From Podarcis pityusensis (Eukaryota): a stretch of DNA of 64,000 nucleotides. The position numbers were made by a program, and so were the translations under genes. Location of the stretch: NCBI GenBank assembly GCA_964106645.2, contig OZ067051.1. One strand, written 5' to 3'. Shown one piece after another: positions 1-12,639 of the stretch. Each line of letters opens with the position of its first letter. Positions within the stretch are counted from its first letter, which is position 1. The notes beneath the pieces were generated by a model, which saw only the letters and a program-made list of their open reading frames with translations, was not told the DNA's origin and searched no databases.

Positions 1-91
1 TTTACCCCCCCCCCCCGTATCCCTTGGGGGGATGCAAGAGCATGGGATCACTTCTCACAGTCCCACACCCCGGCCACCGCACATGCCTCAC

Positions 92-193
92 CTGCAAAGA
101 GTAGGTTTTGTTCTTGTATAGCTTCTTCACATTGACGTCAGACCCGTCCTCTTTGCAGTTGCTGTATGGATAGCCGAGTCTTTTGGACTTTGT
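92..193 (-). CDS. SCNN1G: SCNN1G exon 7 (TKSKRLGYPYSNCKEDGSDVNVKKLYKNKTYSLQ); gene continues beyond the left edge
   Basis: cccacAG acceptor and CAG|GTGAGG donor; 102 nt, phase 0/0; resembles mammalian gamma-ENaC TESFKLSEPYSQCTEDGSDV...YSLQ. Not in the ORF track. Confidence 0.9.
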
Positions 194-784
194 CTGTGGG
201 ATAGAAAGGAAGAACTCTGTTGGTATGAGCCTGCCAAGGTGGGGTGTGTGATGGGAGAGGGGCGTGTGGGGCAGGGAAGAGGCATCCTGGGTTGCGCTTG
301 TGCTTCTTCCTTTAATCCCAGATGTGTGGGTGCTGGAAAGGCACTTTGCACATGCTCAGATGCACTCTATTGTGTGCTATCAGGATTTACTATCCCAAGA
401 GGCCAAAGCCAGGCCTGGCATCCCAAAGGAGGTTTGGCAGGATTTACATCCTGAAAGATCTGTAATAAATAAAAAAAATACTTGGCAATGGCCAGGATTG
501 AAGCAGATGTTGTACCCCTGAAGTATGGATGAACTCCCTCATAAGACCTGACAATGTCTTATGTATATCTAATCTTTCATTGGGTAGACACTTCATAGTT
601 TCACTTTCGGGGGTGGAGTGAACATCTGTGATACTCCAGGTATTGCTGGACTCCAGCCCCCATCATCGGCCATGCAAGTTCAGATCTTTTTTTCCTTTTA
701 ATGCAGCCCTGACCCTTAGTCACAGCCACACAAGACAAAGAACATGGCAAAGAAAGTCTCCTCCAAAACAACCTCCAGCCAGGG

Positions 785-1226
785 CAGAGCTTTCCAAAGT
801 GTGTGTTGCGACATGTTAGTACGTCAGCTCAGTGTGTAGGTGTGTCACACTACAGTGGTATCTCGGGTTACAGACGCTTCAGGTTACAGACGCTTCAGGT
901 TACAGACTCCGCTAACCCAGAAATAGTGCTTCAGGTTAAGAACTTTGCTTCAGGATGAGAACAGAAATTGCGCCGCGGCGGTGGGAGGCCCCATTAGCTA
1001 AAATTGTGCCTCAGGTTAAGAATGGTTTTAGATTAAGAACGGACCTCCAGAACGAATTAAGTTCTTAACCTGAGGTACCACTGTATTACAATTTATGTAT
1101 GTGTCCGTATCACTTATAAGGGGTTAGCTTAACCTCCTGGTTTGCTAGTAAAACTGCACTACTGTGTCGCAAAATGATGCATGTCTAAAAAGCATGTCAC
1201 CAACATGAAAAGTTTGGAAAGCTCTG
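785..1226. mobile_element. Non-autonomous hAT-type MITE interrupted by a nested Tc1/mariner-type MITE
   Basis: TIR CAGAGCTTTCCAAA...TTTGGAAAGCTCTG; homologous to 15628-15831 in opposite orientation; degenerate 8-bp flanks. Confidence 0.75.
853..1083. mobile_element. Tc1/mariner (Tigger-like) MITE
   Basis: TA|CAGTGGTATCTC...GAGGTACCACTG|TA; near-identical copies at 27219 and 61533. Confidence 0.85.
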
Positions 1227-1328
1227 AGCACTGGACAGCCGTATGCTGGGAGGGTGGTTTCCTGTGCACCCGAGAGCAGAATCTGCCCAGGGTGACTGCT
1301 GCCCATCTGCTCCAGCACCACCACTCAC

Positions 1329-1492
1329 AAAGTGCATCCCGATGGAGGTGGCTGTGGCCGTCTCTATCTCAGTGCCGACGTCTTCGATGAAGGGATATTC
1401 ATCCTGGCCATGAATCACTATCTTGGCTCCCGTAGACGTCACCAAGAAAGGGTTGTACTCTGCTTCGTTTATATACAGGATCACCTGCAGCC
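1329..1492 (-). CDS. SCNN1G: SCNN1G exon 6 (GLQVILYINEAEYNPFLVTSTGAKIVIHGQDEYPFIEDVGTEIETATATSIGMHF)
   Basis: acacAG acceptor, TTT|GTGAGT donor; 164 nt; highly conserved ENaC gamma sequence. Confidence 0.96.
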
Positions 1493-3074
1493 CTGTGTAA
1501 AGGAAGGAGCGCAGGATTAGGCCAGTCTAGTGGAAGGTACGGGACCAAGAGAGGCTCCGGAGGAAGAGGAGGAGAAGGTGCTGTGGGGACAGGGGCCCAA
1601 AAAAGTCAGGGCGCACGGGATGAGACTTGCGAGCTAAACTATTGCGTCTCCCGTTCTCTCCTTTGTTTCTCTGCGCAGCACCTGAAGCAGCTAACAAAAT
1701 AAACTAATGCATCTTTTTTTAAAAAAATTGCAGCGAAAAATTTAGCCATACCAAAATGTAAAAATCAAAATGTAAAAACCAAAAATGTAATGCAGGCAGA
1801 CAGATCAGTCTGCTGAGTTTGGGCAAAGCCAGGCAATTACTTGGCAGTAAAAAACAGTGGTCAGCCGCAAACCTGGGTATATTAGATTTCTACGTTGCTT
1901 TCCACTACAAAAGACCTGAAGCAATTCATAATCGAAATCTTTAAACGATAAAAAAATAAATAAATCACGCAAATGTTAATAAAAACAGATCTAACAGTAG
2001 AATCGTATCAGTGATGCTGCCCCAATGCCTGGCAAAAATAAAGCACATTTGGAACCAATGATAGCAGGTTTGGTCCCAGGCGAGCCTCCCTGAAGGAGCA
2101 TTCCATAGACAGGGAACTACAGCAGAGAAGGCCCTGTTCTCTCATCAGCACCCTCCGAAACTCCCTCGGAGGTGGCAGGTGTTGATGTCCAGGTCTGGGC
2201 AGATTTACCAGGGGAAAGGAGGTCCTTTACAAGCAAGAAGGTCTCAGCTAAAGTGGCAGCGACTGGTACAGGAAATCCCCTAATGTGTATTTGCTTGCAA
2301 AATTGTGAACTTAAGCCCCTCAAGAGCAGTGCTTTTTTCGGGGGGAATGTAGGGGTACACATACAGATTCACACCAGGCCACTAGGGACCAGCTACCCAG
2401 ACAAGTAATATTTCAAATGTCAAATCTTAATAGTGGAAAAGAGGCTTGCATGCAAGATTCAGGTCAGGTAAGACTATCCATGGAGGGGAGGAAGGGGGCA
2501 GGGCGGGAGGAGCAGCGGTTGGATGCAGCTGGGACTTTGTAGGCTTCTCTTAGTTAGCTAGTTAGATTTCTCCCCCATAAAATTTATCCACTGCTTGGTT
2601 GTAAAACACACACACACACACACACACACTCCTCAAAGCAGTTTGCAAAGAAGAAAAAACAACAAAGTTATCACTAAAAGCAACTCTTGACAACATTTGA
2701 AAGAGAAAAACAGCAATAAACTAAAACAGATTAAAACATACATCCACATTCTACATGTCTGGGTAGGCTTGCCTAAACAAAACTGGTTTTAGCAGGTGCC
2801 AACGAGAGTACAGTGAAGGCTGGCTGATAGCAATAGGCAGGGAGTTTCCAGAGTGTAGGTGCTGCCACAAGGAAAGGCTGATTTCTTGCAAACGTGGAGT
2901 GGGTGTTAGGTGGCATCTGTAACAGGATCAGTTCTGCTAGTTGAAGTGATCGAGTGGACATGTTCTCTTAGCACTCTGGATAGTGGCTACAGAGCTCAGG
3001 ACAAGAATCTAGGCCCACCCACACCCACTCACAACTGAGATCAAGCAGGCAAACTGTCTGGAGGGCTCCCTTAC

Positions 3075-3178
3075 CGTATTCACTGCCTCCGGTGGTTGTG
3101 TTCAGGATGCTTCCGTTCTGCCCACTGTTGAAGGTATAGCAGTTCCCGTGCATCGGATGGTGGAATGTTGTGAAGTTC
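3075..3178 (-). CDS. SCNN1G: SCNN1G exon 5 (NFTTFHHPMHGNCYTFNSGQNGSILNTTTGGSEYG)
   Basis: ENaC/DEG GNCYTFN motif; ccAG acceptor, G|GTAAG donor; 104 nt. Confidence 0.96.
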
Positions 3179-4560
3179 CTGGCGCCGACCAAAGACATAT
3201 TTATTTTTTAAAAGCACTTTGCCCCACCTACTGTAGATAAACTCAACAAAAGAGCTTAAATTGCCCAGTTAACATGAACTGCATTAGAAATAAACTGTTT
3301 CTGCAGGGAATTTTGTTCAGCTTCCCAACAGACAAGGACAAAGAGTTAGTTTTGAAATTATTTGGGTGATGCCCAACTCTTAAAAAATGTCATGGGGAGT
3401 GGGAGGCAGCAAAGAGGGATCTTTCTGGGGGAGGTGTGGAGGGTGTCGACACAAGAACAGCCCCTCTCAGTGATGGCTCCACAGGGAAGAATGCCTGGCA
3501 CCATCAAGAATTAACCCTGGGGCCAGGCAAAAAACATTTATATTTTGCTAGACCTTTGGGTTTTCATTATCTGTGACCTCCTTTGGTGGGTGGGATGTTT
3601 CAGTCCCGCCTTTTAAAAATATGAATGAGGTTTAGGTTTTCGTTTTATGCTGATTTTAGAATCATATAATCGTAGAGCTGGAAGGATCTCCCAAGGGACA
3701 TCTAGTCCAAACCTCTGCAATGGAGGAATCACAACAAAGGAATCCCTGACATAATGTACTGGTATGTGTTATTTATTTCTCTTGCTGTTCTAAGTCACTT
3801 TGAGTTATTCTGTTAAAAAAAGAGAAACTAATAAGTTTAATGAGTAACAACAACAACAACATCTTAAGGGTATATGGTTCCCACTGAGAACATCTGGCGA
3901 GCACCAGATTGGGGAAGGATGGGTTAATGCAACAAGTGGCTAAGCAGGAATGGTGGGTTGAGCCGAGTGACGACTAGGCTTCCGCTTGCAATGGCAAGAT
4001 CTTTGGCATGACTCACCACTACCCAGTTGCGAACCTGAACAGCCCTGTTCTCCCCACGGATTGATGGGGAAACAGATGCTTTGGGGAGGCAGATCCCAGA
4101 GGGTGGGCTGTAAAGCTGCCACCTGGAAACCACAAGGCAGACCAGGTGGGTTGCCATGCAGAAACATCCATATCTGCAGTCCTAAGCTCATGGGTGAGAC
4201 CACATTTTGGACACTGCTGCAGAAAGGGCACTGCCCTCGTGGCTTCTGTACTCAGAGGTTCACCAGCAAAAGAACTCAGCTAAAACCTGCTCCAGCCACC
4301 GACCTTCACAAACCGTGAAGGCTTGAGAGGTGGTCCTTAAAAAGACACACGTGAGGCCAGAGAGCTCTGCATTCAACACCTGTCCAACTGCACAAGGCCA
4401 ATTTGGTGCGTATCTCACTTCTGTCTGGCCTCCCCAAGGATGCTAGAGAAAAGCCCCTATTAAACTTCCCATATCTAAAGCACTTTTAATTTGCATTAGA
4501 TATGTTCCACCTCTGCTGCTGGAGCATGCTCTGCCCCCTGCTCTGTTCCCAGTGACTGAC

Positions 4561-4754
4561 CTGGCATCGCAGGAACGGCCGTCAAAGAAGCAGCTCAAGA
4601 TGAGCTCCTCTGCCGAGTAGCTCATGTTCACTTTCTCTTCAGCACTGATTTGGGCCATGATGTTCATGTAATGCAGCTTGTACCACTCTTGGATGGCGTT
4701 GACACCCGAACTGAAGGTGTAAAGGGCACAGTCACTCTTGTTGTGGGAGTCACA
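4561..4754 (-). CDS. SCNN1G: SCNN1G exon 4 (CDSHNKSDCALYTFSSGVNAIQEWYKLHYMNIMAQ...CFFDGRSCDAR)
   Basis: SSGVNAIQEWYKLHYMNIMAQ motif; ttccAG acceptor, AG|GTCAGT donor; 194 nt. Confidence 0.96.
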
Positions 4755-4862
4755 CTGGAAGGAAGAGAAAGCAGGGGCTCAGGCAAGCAGGCAGGCCGAG
4801 GGGCTGCCCCACAGATGCATACGCTGCCTTGCAGTGTGGAAATAGGTAGGTGGCTCAGCACA

Positions 4863-5085
4863 GAATAGCGTGGTGCAGTGGTTAAGGTGTTGGCCTAGGA
4901 CCCGGGAGACCAGGGTTCAAATCTTGACACTCAGCCATGAAGCTCACTAGGTGTGACCATGGGCCAGTCACTGCCTCTCGGCCTAACGTGCCTTGCAGGT
5001 TTGTTCTGGGCATTAAATGAGGAGTGGGTGGACCACGTACACTTTGGACAAAAAGGGTGGGATATCAATGCAGCAAATAAAATGA
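4863..5085 (+). mobile_element. tRNA-derived SINE (Squam3/CORE-like)
   Basis: A box GTGGTGCAGTGG, B box GGTTCAAATC, A-rich tail; related copies at ~10440-10582(-), 11341-11540(+), 59200-59405(-), 61856-62050(-). Confidence 0.7.
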
Positions 5086-5843
5086 CAATAATTGTTCAGA
5101 AAGAGAGAGAAGGCATGAGCACAATCCTCAGATGCCTGGACCCAGAAAGAAAATCTCTCTGATCCAGCCTTGGAACTGCAAGTGACTCGTAACTCCGCAG
5201 GCAAGACATATTCAACTGTGAGACAGGAGGGACACCTTGTCGCATTTGTTTGTTGAGCTAATTAATGTGTATACAGTATTTATATTTGTTTGCAGTAGGA
5301 TTTATAACCTGCTTTCTGCCTCAATTGGAGATGCCCAAAGTGGAGAACAACCAAGGTTGCCGGGCAGGGGCTTCCGCTGAGCAGGGGCTACAACAGGAAA
5401 GCCCCCAACTCACTCCAGGCTATAGGCTGCCACCAGCCACATTTCAGGAGGCAAGTGGCACCTTTTCCTATGGTGAAGTTCTGGGCACAATCCAAGGTGC
5501 AGGTCTGAGCCTGCGAAGGGCACTTGTTGAGCTCACAAGCCTGTCCACTGCGCTCCAAATGGACTACATCTCCCAGCAGCCTCAGCACCACATGGCCGCT
5601 TCATGCCGGGACTGATGGGAGCTCTAGTCCAAAACCTCTGGAAGGCACTGGGTTGAGGAAGGCTGTGGCCATGGGGATGGAAAATGATTCAGAAGAAGCC
5701 CCAAAGGCGCTGCATGGGGCTCCCCATCTCCTAGAGTTCCCTCCTGCCTGTGCCAAGCACGCCAGCCCCAAATGTAAGGCTGGCATCCGACTCAACAGAG
5801 CTGCAACGGGTTCTCCCATAGGCCACAGAGCAAGGCGACTCAC

Positions 5844-6147
5844 CAGTTGGAATCCCACAATATCCTGAGGGTTCTTGACGCTGACAATGCTGGAGCCGCC
5901 CGAAATGATGTTGGCCTCCATGCGCCGTTTGGGACCAGAGGAGGGATTTGGAAAAGGCTGCTGGTGAGTGAGGTTGTCTAAATTCCTCAAGGGAAAGTAT
6001 CTGTGGAATTTTCTGTCCTCACTTGGCTCAGGATCACCAGCATCACGACGCTCCCTGATATTACTTCCAGAAAAGTCATACAAGGACCTCAGCGCGTTCT
6101 CTGTCTCTTTGTCCAGCTCGGCCAGGTGTTTCTTGATGGCACTGTAC
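5844..6147 (-). CDS. SCNN1G: SCNN1G exon 3 (finger/GRIP region with protease sites; YSAIKKHLAELDKET...DIVGFQL)
   Basis: tAG|GTACAGT acceptor completing K-Y-S; CTG|GTGAGT donor; 304 nt; conserved ends YS..L..LD.ET and VGFQL. Confidence 0.93.
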
Positions 6148-7293
6148 CTACCAGGAGACAGACAGGGGATCTTGTTGCTACAGGGGGCAAGATCTTTTGC
6201 TACAAGGAGAGCAGTGGGGGGGGGGGGGGCTGTTAAAATCAGATAGCCAGGATCTGGGTGCATCCACTCAGCCCAGCACTGGGCTCAAGGACCAAGACTC
6301 ACACACGATTATTTTAAAGCAGACTTGTGCTTCAAAGTGGGAAGGATAAACAGCTGCCACTCATCACTCAACAGTCCAAAGATCTTCCTGCACTTTTGAC
6401 ACTAGGCAGTATGTCTTATAATCACCCACCTTGCTTGGATATCTATTTGGGCGTAAGATCTGCTTATATCAATAGGTATGTTTAAATTGGATTGATGGAC
6501 TGTACTTACTGTGACAACCCAACAAACAAGAACATAAAACGCCACTTTTCGATGAATGTAAAATCACCCCACCCACTCCCATAGCCCAGCAGCAAGATGA
6601 CACAAGCTCCATAGGGATCAGGTTCACAAGCTGGACATTTAACAGTAGCCTACTTTGCAGGGTTATTGTCAATATTTCTGGGGTGATTAACATTTGTTAC
6701 TATTTTATTGTACAAGTCCCTCAGGGCATGATCCTATGCAATGCAAATTGCAATGGAAATATTATTATTATTCAAACCTCTCAGAGTGTCTTACAAACCA
6801 CAAGACACAAAATACATGACATTCCACCATGGCAATTCTCAAACAGGTCCAAAGAGATTGTTAACAAAAATACAGCTGCAACCGCCACCCTTGTGTCACA
6901 GGTTTGCAGGGCAACATTTCCTACTTTGGGCATTTTCAAGAGAAAGAAGAATCCCTCCTAAAAGATGATTTTACTCGTTTCCCCAAAGAGGCCGGAGAGG
7001 CCTCCCTAAGCAGGGAGTTCCACAGGTGAGGGCTGCACACTCAGCAGGGCTGCTTTAGGGGATCTTAAAGACCAGGGCGGGGAACTGTGAATTGGAGCTC
7101 TCTGAGCACTCCAAATAATAATTAAATGCTGCTATTATAAGTTGCCATTATTTATTCCACCCAAGGAGTCATCTCCCTGACTCCACATTCCAAGTTCTTG
7201 AGCAGGACTGTGCTGAAAGCAGCCTGACCCTTCGCTGTCCCTGTCTACTGGCAGGCTTGGGGGAAACTTTCCTGGATGCTGAGCCTCACTTAC

Positions 7294-7610
7294 TTGTAGG
7301 GGTTGATGTTACAGATGGTGACGGCTGGGAAGGGGAGTGCGTGGAACTGGACCGTGACAGAGACAGAGGCTTTGTAGTAGTTGAGGACAAGCTGAGTGCA
7401 GTACCACAGGATCAGTCCCACGGCGGTCAGCGTGAGCAGGATCCACAGGAAGCGGCGCAGGCGCCCCCGCGAGACCACGATGCGCCGACAGCCGTGGGTG
7501 TTGGTGTTCATGCAGTACCAGTGCATCAGCTCCCGCAAGGTGGGCGCCTGGGGGCCGGTCACGGGCAATGTCTTCTTGAGCTTGGCCTTGATCTTCTTGG
7601 CAGGCGCCAT
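7294..7610 (-). CDS. SCNN1G: SCNN1G exon 2, first coding exon (MAPAKKIKAKLKKTLPVTGPQAP...THGCRRIVVSRGRLRR...TM1...FPAVTICNINPYK)
   Basis: ATG at 7610; HG gating motif, TM1 and FPAVTICN motif; AA|GTAAGT donor after 317 coding nt; acceptor AG at 7626-7625 after a pyrimidine tract. Confidence 0.97.
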
Positions 7611-8176
7611 GCTAATGGCCGACACTTTGGAGGGGGAAACACAAAGCAAAAAGCAAGGATATTGCAGGCACTGGATATTGTAGAGCAGTGTTAGAAACTC
7701 AGATATATAAGCTAGGCACCCAGTGGCTCCTTAAACCAAGGTTGGAGTTGCAAAAAAGGAACGTCTAGTTCCCATTTGTGGCCAAGACGGCTCTAAAGTC
7801 TTCTTTTTCAGATGATGGACTGACTGTGATTCTCAGTTAAACATATTTCAAGTTCAGATGGCAACCTTGAGCTAGGTTAAGAGCTTTGAGAACTTAAAAG
7901 AAAAAAAGTGACTTGAAACCGGGAAAGCCCACATATATATTGGCCTATTTCAACCTCTTTTTCTTTAATGGTATCTGTTCTGGCTCAGGCTGCACAGAAA
8001 AAGCATTTTGGTTCCAGAAATGCATTCCCATTGTACAGATAAAATATAACTGATAGAATCCTCAGGATTGGGTATTGGTGTGTGAAAACAACCCAGATCC
8101 AATGATCTCCAGATGGTGGAGATGTCAGGTGCTATCTTGGCGCTCAGGCATCTTCACTTGGTTGCAAGTGGTTGAA

Positions 8177-8535
8177 GGTAAAGGTAAAGGTACCCCTGCC
8201 CGTACGGGCCAGTCTTGCCAGACTCTAGGGTTGTGCGCTCATCTCACTCTATAGGCCGGGAGCCAGCGCTGTCCGCAGACACTTCTGGGTCACGTGGCCA
8301 GCGTGACAAGCTGCATCTGGCGAACCAGCGCAGCACACGGAATGTCGTTTACCTTCCCGCTGGTAAGCGGTCCCTATTTATCTACTTGCACCCGGGGGTT
8401 CTTTCGAACTGCTAGGTTGGCAGGCGCTGGGACTGAACAACGGGAGCGCACCCCGCCGCGGGGATTCAAACCGCCGACCATGCGATCGGCAAGTCCTAGG
8501 CGCTGAGGTTTTACTCACAGCGCCACCCGCGTCCC
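8177..8535 (-). mobile_element. Sauria SINE
   Basis: 5' GGGACGCGGGTGGCGCTGTG, (ACCTTT)n tail, 14-bp TSD TGCAAGTGGTTGAA. Confidence 0.9.
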
Positions 8536-8580
8536 TTATGCAAGTGGTTGAAAGCCAGGTGCAAAAACACTGTTGTAGAG

Positions 8581-8971
8581 CAGGGATGTCCAACAGGTCA
8601 ATCGCAATCTACTGGTAGATCCCCGGGAAGTTTTGGTAGATTGTGGCTGATCTCTGGTTCCCTTTCCTTAGTGTCACTAAAACTGACTCCTGCCCTGCCC
8701 TCCATTGTTATTTGATCTCTAGAAGGGAAAACGGAGCTTTCTCTGTGCTGCTGTTTTCATCCATAGCAATCTTTTTGTGAGTGACTTTACCCCTTTGTCC
8801 CTTGCCTTTAACCCCCCCCCCCGTGGAAGTTCCCCTCCCAAAAAAAGCTATTTTTAACCCCTAAAAAAGCTCAACAACTTTGAGCTGAATCCCCCCAAAA
8901 ATGGTGGTAGATCACTGCCAGCTTTTAATTCTGAAAATAGATCTCAGTCTCTTGAGAGTTGGCCACCCCTG
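8581..8971. mobile_element. hAT-type MITE
   Basis: CAGGGATGTCCAAC...GTTGGCCACCCCTG TIRs; perfect 8-bp TSD TTGTAGAG. Confidence 0.85.
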
Positions 8972-9700
8972 TTGTAGAGGATATTGTACAGTTGGAAAAG
9001 GTTCAGAAGAGGTCAAGCAGAATGATCAAGGCGATGGAGCAACTCTTCCTATGATGGAAGGTTGCAGCGTTAGGGACTTTTTCATTCATAGAAAAGGTGA
9101 GTCAGAGGTGAATTACAGAATTGCAGAGTTGGATCATCTAGCCCAGGAATATGTAGTTGCCCCATACAAGGATTGAACCTGCAACCTTGGCTTTATCAGC
9201 CCCATGCTCTAACCAACTGAGCTATCCAGACCAGAGGTTTATAAAATTGCACATAGCGTTGAGACAGTCATCACCCTAGAACGTGTGCACACCCAGTGAA
9301 GATACACGTTGGAAGACTCAGAAGAGAACAAACAAAAGAAAGTCCTTCTTCCTGCAGCACATAGCTAAGCTGTGGAACTCACTTCCACAGGAGGAAGTGA
9401 TGGCCACCAACCTAGGCAGCTTTAAAAGAGCTTTGGGCAAATTCGAGGAAGAGACGGCTGTCAGTGCTACTGGCCATGATGCCAATATCCTGCCCCCAGG
9501 TTAGAAGGCTGTAATACTTCTGAATACCAGTTGTTGGAAACCACGGGGGGGGGGGGGGAGAAGACTCTTGTGCTCAGGTCCTGCTCGAGCCTTTCCCCGT
9601 AAGGAGCTTCTGGTTGGCTGCAGGAAGAAGAGGATGCTGCACCAGAAGGCCCCCTTTGGCCTGACCCAGCAGGCTCTTTTGACGTTCTCATGGCAGGCTT
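8972..9700 (+). mobile_element. CR1 LINE 3' fragment with a tRNA-Ile-headed SINE (~9115-9228, minus) nested inside
   Basis: CR1 ORF2 C-terminal remnants (LEKVQKR; ...LWNSLPQEEVMATNLGSFKRALGKF). Confidence 0.7.
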
Positions 9701-12639
9701 AATCAGAAAACCTCTGCTGCACATCTAAAACCAGCCACAAACCTGTTTAAACTGTCAGAGGCCCCAGGTGAGCCACAGATACCCGTTGAGCCTTTAATAA
9801 TACAAACACAATGTCAGCAGGGACCTCAGAGGACATTTAGGCCAACCCTTTGCCAATGCTGGCACTCCACTGCTGTAGCCTCCCTGAAAGGGGTCTCCCC
9901 CCCCATGCCCCTTCTGACATTTGCTGGCCCCTTCTTCCTACTCCTAGAGCTGTTTTGTTCTTAAACCCACAGCCTTGCATTTGTGCTGTGTGTTCAATAC
10001 ACCAAGATCAACCTCTGAGATGAGGAGGGGACCAAATAAAGACAAATATTCCTCTTCCCATGGTAAGACTCAGGCCTGGCCGACTTTCATATCGCTGTAT
10101 ACCACCCTGATAATTTTAGCAGAGGGAGGTCTATAAAAATACTCGTGGTAAATAAATAAAGTAAGAGCCAGGCCACTCCCCCTGTTAAAAGCCATAGGGA
10201 ACAATCATCACAATGACTGGCTACTTGAGAACATTTCCTAGAACTGCGTAGGTCAGTTGGCATTGAATAAAAATAAATAAATTCCAAGAGTTTACTGAAA
10301 GTGAAAGGGGAGGAGGACCTCTGCTGAATCTCCAGGAGCGTTTGTTTGCACAGGATGGGGCTGGTGACACATTGAATGCCCAATGTCTGCCTGAAACCAA
10401 CCGGGCCTCTCTCCCTCTCTCGTGTGTGGGTGTGTGCTTTATCCTCACAACAACCCTGTGAGGTGGGCTAGATGGAGAGGCAGTGACTGGCCCAAGCTCA
10501 CCCAGTGAGATTCATGACGGAGTGAGGATTTGAACCCTGGTCTCCCAAGTCCCCAGTCCGACACACTAACCATTGCACCACACTGCACCTGTTTACTCTG
10601 CATCCCACGTACACCTACTGCGGGTTTGGAAAGTGGTTTACACACAACACTAGTCATATGCCATACCAATCCTGCCGTTTCTTATAAAATACTGCAACCT
10701 GACGCATTTCCCCTGAAACCAACTTCCATCTGAACGGAGGAAAAATCCCTGCATAACTGTGTTTTAAGCTAGCAATTTATGCTAAGACCCCCTGTTTTCA
10801 GTGAGTTGAGGATTGTGTATGTCACAAGACAAGGAGATCCTCCAGTTGCCGTCTTGCTCCCAAAATACGGGTGGCCAAGAGTATTTATATATTTATTTCA
10901 TAAAATTTATAAGTCGCTTGGAAATCCTCAAAGCAGCTTACAAAGAGTATATAAAAGGGTATGTGGCAGGCCTAGATAGCGGAGTTGCTACAGCTTGAAG
11001 AATTTTGTGAAACTCTGAGGCTTGCATCTCCCTATAGCTATGGGTGGCTGTTCAGCCAGAGAATATCTGTTTTGTTTTGATTCCTGAAATGGGTTCTCTC
11101 AGTAGCAAACACCTGCTTCCCATCAACACCTTTTATAGACTGGGATGAAAAGCCATCTTTAAGATGCACGCACCTCTGGGACTTCCAGTGGTTCCAGGGG
11201 ACCTTTTCCCACAAAGGGATTACCTTAGAGGCCAGAGCCTTCTCTGCTAATAGTACACAGTTCAGGGCAGCCCCTGCCAGCCACTCCCCATACGCAAGGG
11301 GACCTGCCCCCCAGCTGGGAATCTCACTTTAGCCCTAGAGAGAGCCAGCATGGCACAGTGGTTAGTGCTGGGCTAGGACCTGTGAGAGAGCTTCACTGGG
11401 GACCAGTCACTGCCTCTCAGCCTAACCTACCTCACAGGGTTGTTGCGGGGATTAAATGAGGAGGGGGAGAACCATGGATGCCCCATTGAGCTCCTGGGAG
11501 AAAAAGGTGGCATATAAATTAAATAGATACATAAGAATAAAAGGTGGAAGAACCTTCCTTCCTCTCTCCTCCCTGCTCTCCAATCCCCAGAAAGAAAGGG
11601 AAGAAGGAAATTTCATGGGAAATCAAGGAGCATTGCTGTTATATCCCTGATACAACCCCATCTTCCTGTGACACCATCAGGAAGAAATGGTGTCACCTGG
11701 GATGTAAGGAAGTCTTCTGAGCGATGGAGGAGGAAGACAGAAAGCCCCCCTTCGACTGAGTCATTTGAGCTCAGCACTGTCAACACTGACTGGCAGGAGC
11801 TCTCCAGGATTTCAGGCAGGAGCCTAGTCTGTGCTTGGAGATGTCAGGGGCCCCGGAGGCAAGACAGTAGCTCCAACTGTGGCAAATGAAACACTGGGGA
11901 GACCCCCTCTTCTCCCTGGGGAGGGCTAGTTAAAATGGTCAGCTCTGGATTCCTGTCCCCCATCCCCCTCCATCCACCCCTTGGAGAGGGCAGACGTCTG
12001 CCCTGGGAGAGCCTCACTGCAGAGGAGTAAGAACACCAGAAGAGCCCTGCAGTGCTGGATGAGGCCAAAGGGGGCCCATCTGGTCCAGCCTCCTGGTCTC
12101 TTCTGTGCCTCTTCTGTGAAACCCTCAAGCAGGACCTGAGCATAAGAGCAGCACTGTCCCCTCCTGTGGTGTTAAGCAACCGGTATTCGGAATAAATATA
12201 TAAACAAATTATAGAATCATAGAGTTGGAAGAGACCCAGGGGTCATCTAGTCCAACCCCCTGCAATGCAGGAAACTCAGCTATGGCACCTATGACAGATG
12301 GCCATCCAACCACCAAGGAAGGAGAGTCCACAACCTCCCGAGGGAGACTGTTTCACTGTCGAACAGTTCTTACTGACAAAAGTTTTCCCCGTATGTTTAG
12401 TCGGAATCTCCTTTATTGTAACTTGGAGCCATTGGTTCCAGACCTACCCTCCAGAGCAGGAGAAAATAAACTTTCGCTTGCAAAAGAGAGCTCGATAGAA
12501 GCCATCGATAGCCTTCCCCTCCATATATTAGCTCAATCTTCATTTAATGACACGCCACCCAATACAGGGGCACTCGCTGCTTTCTGCGGCAGCGAGTTCC
12601 ATAGTTTAAGTCCTTGCTTCTGCCTGTCCTAAATCTCCC

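Noticed and set aside
866-907. Direct repeats GGTTACAGACGCTTCA as a CRISPR-like array
   Set aside because: No spacers; these are internal repeats of the MITE, in a eukaryotic context.
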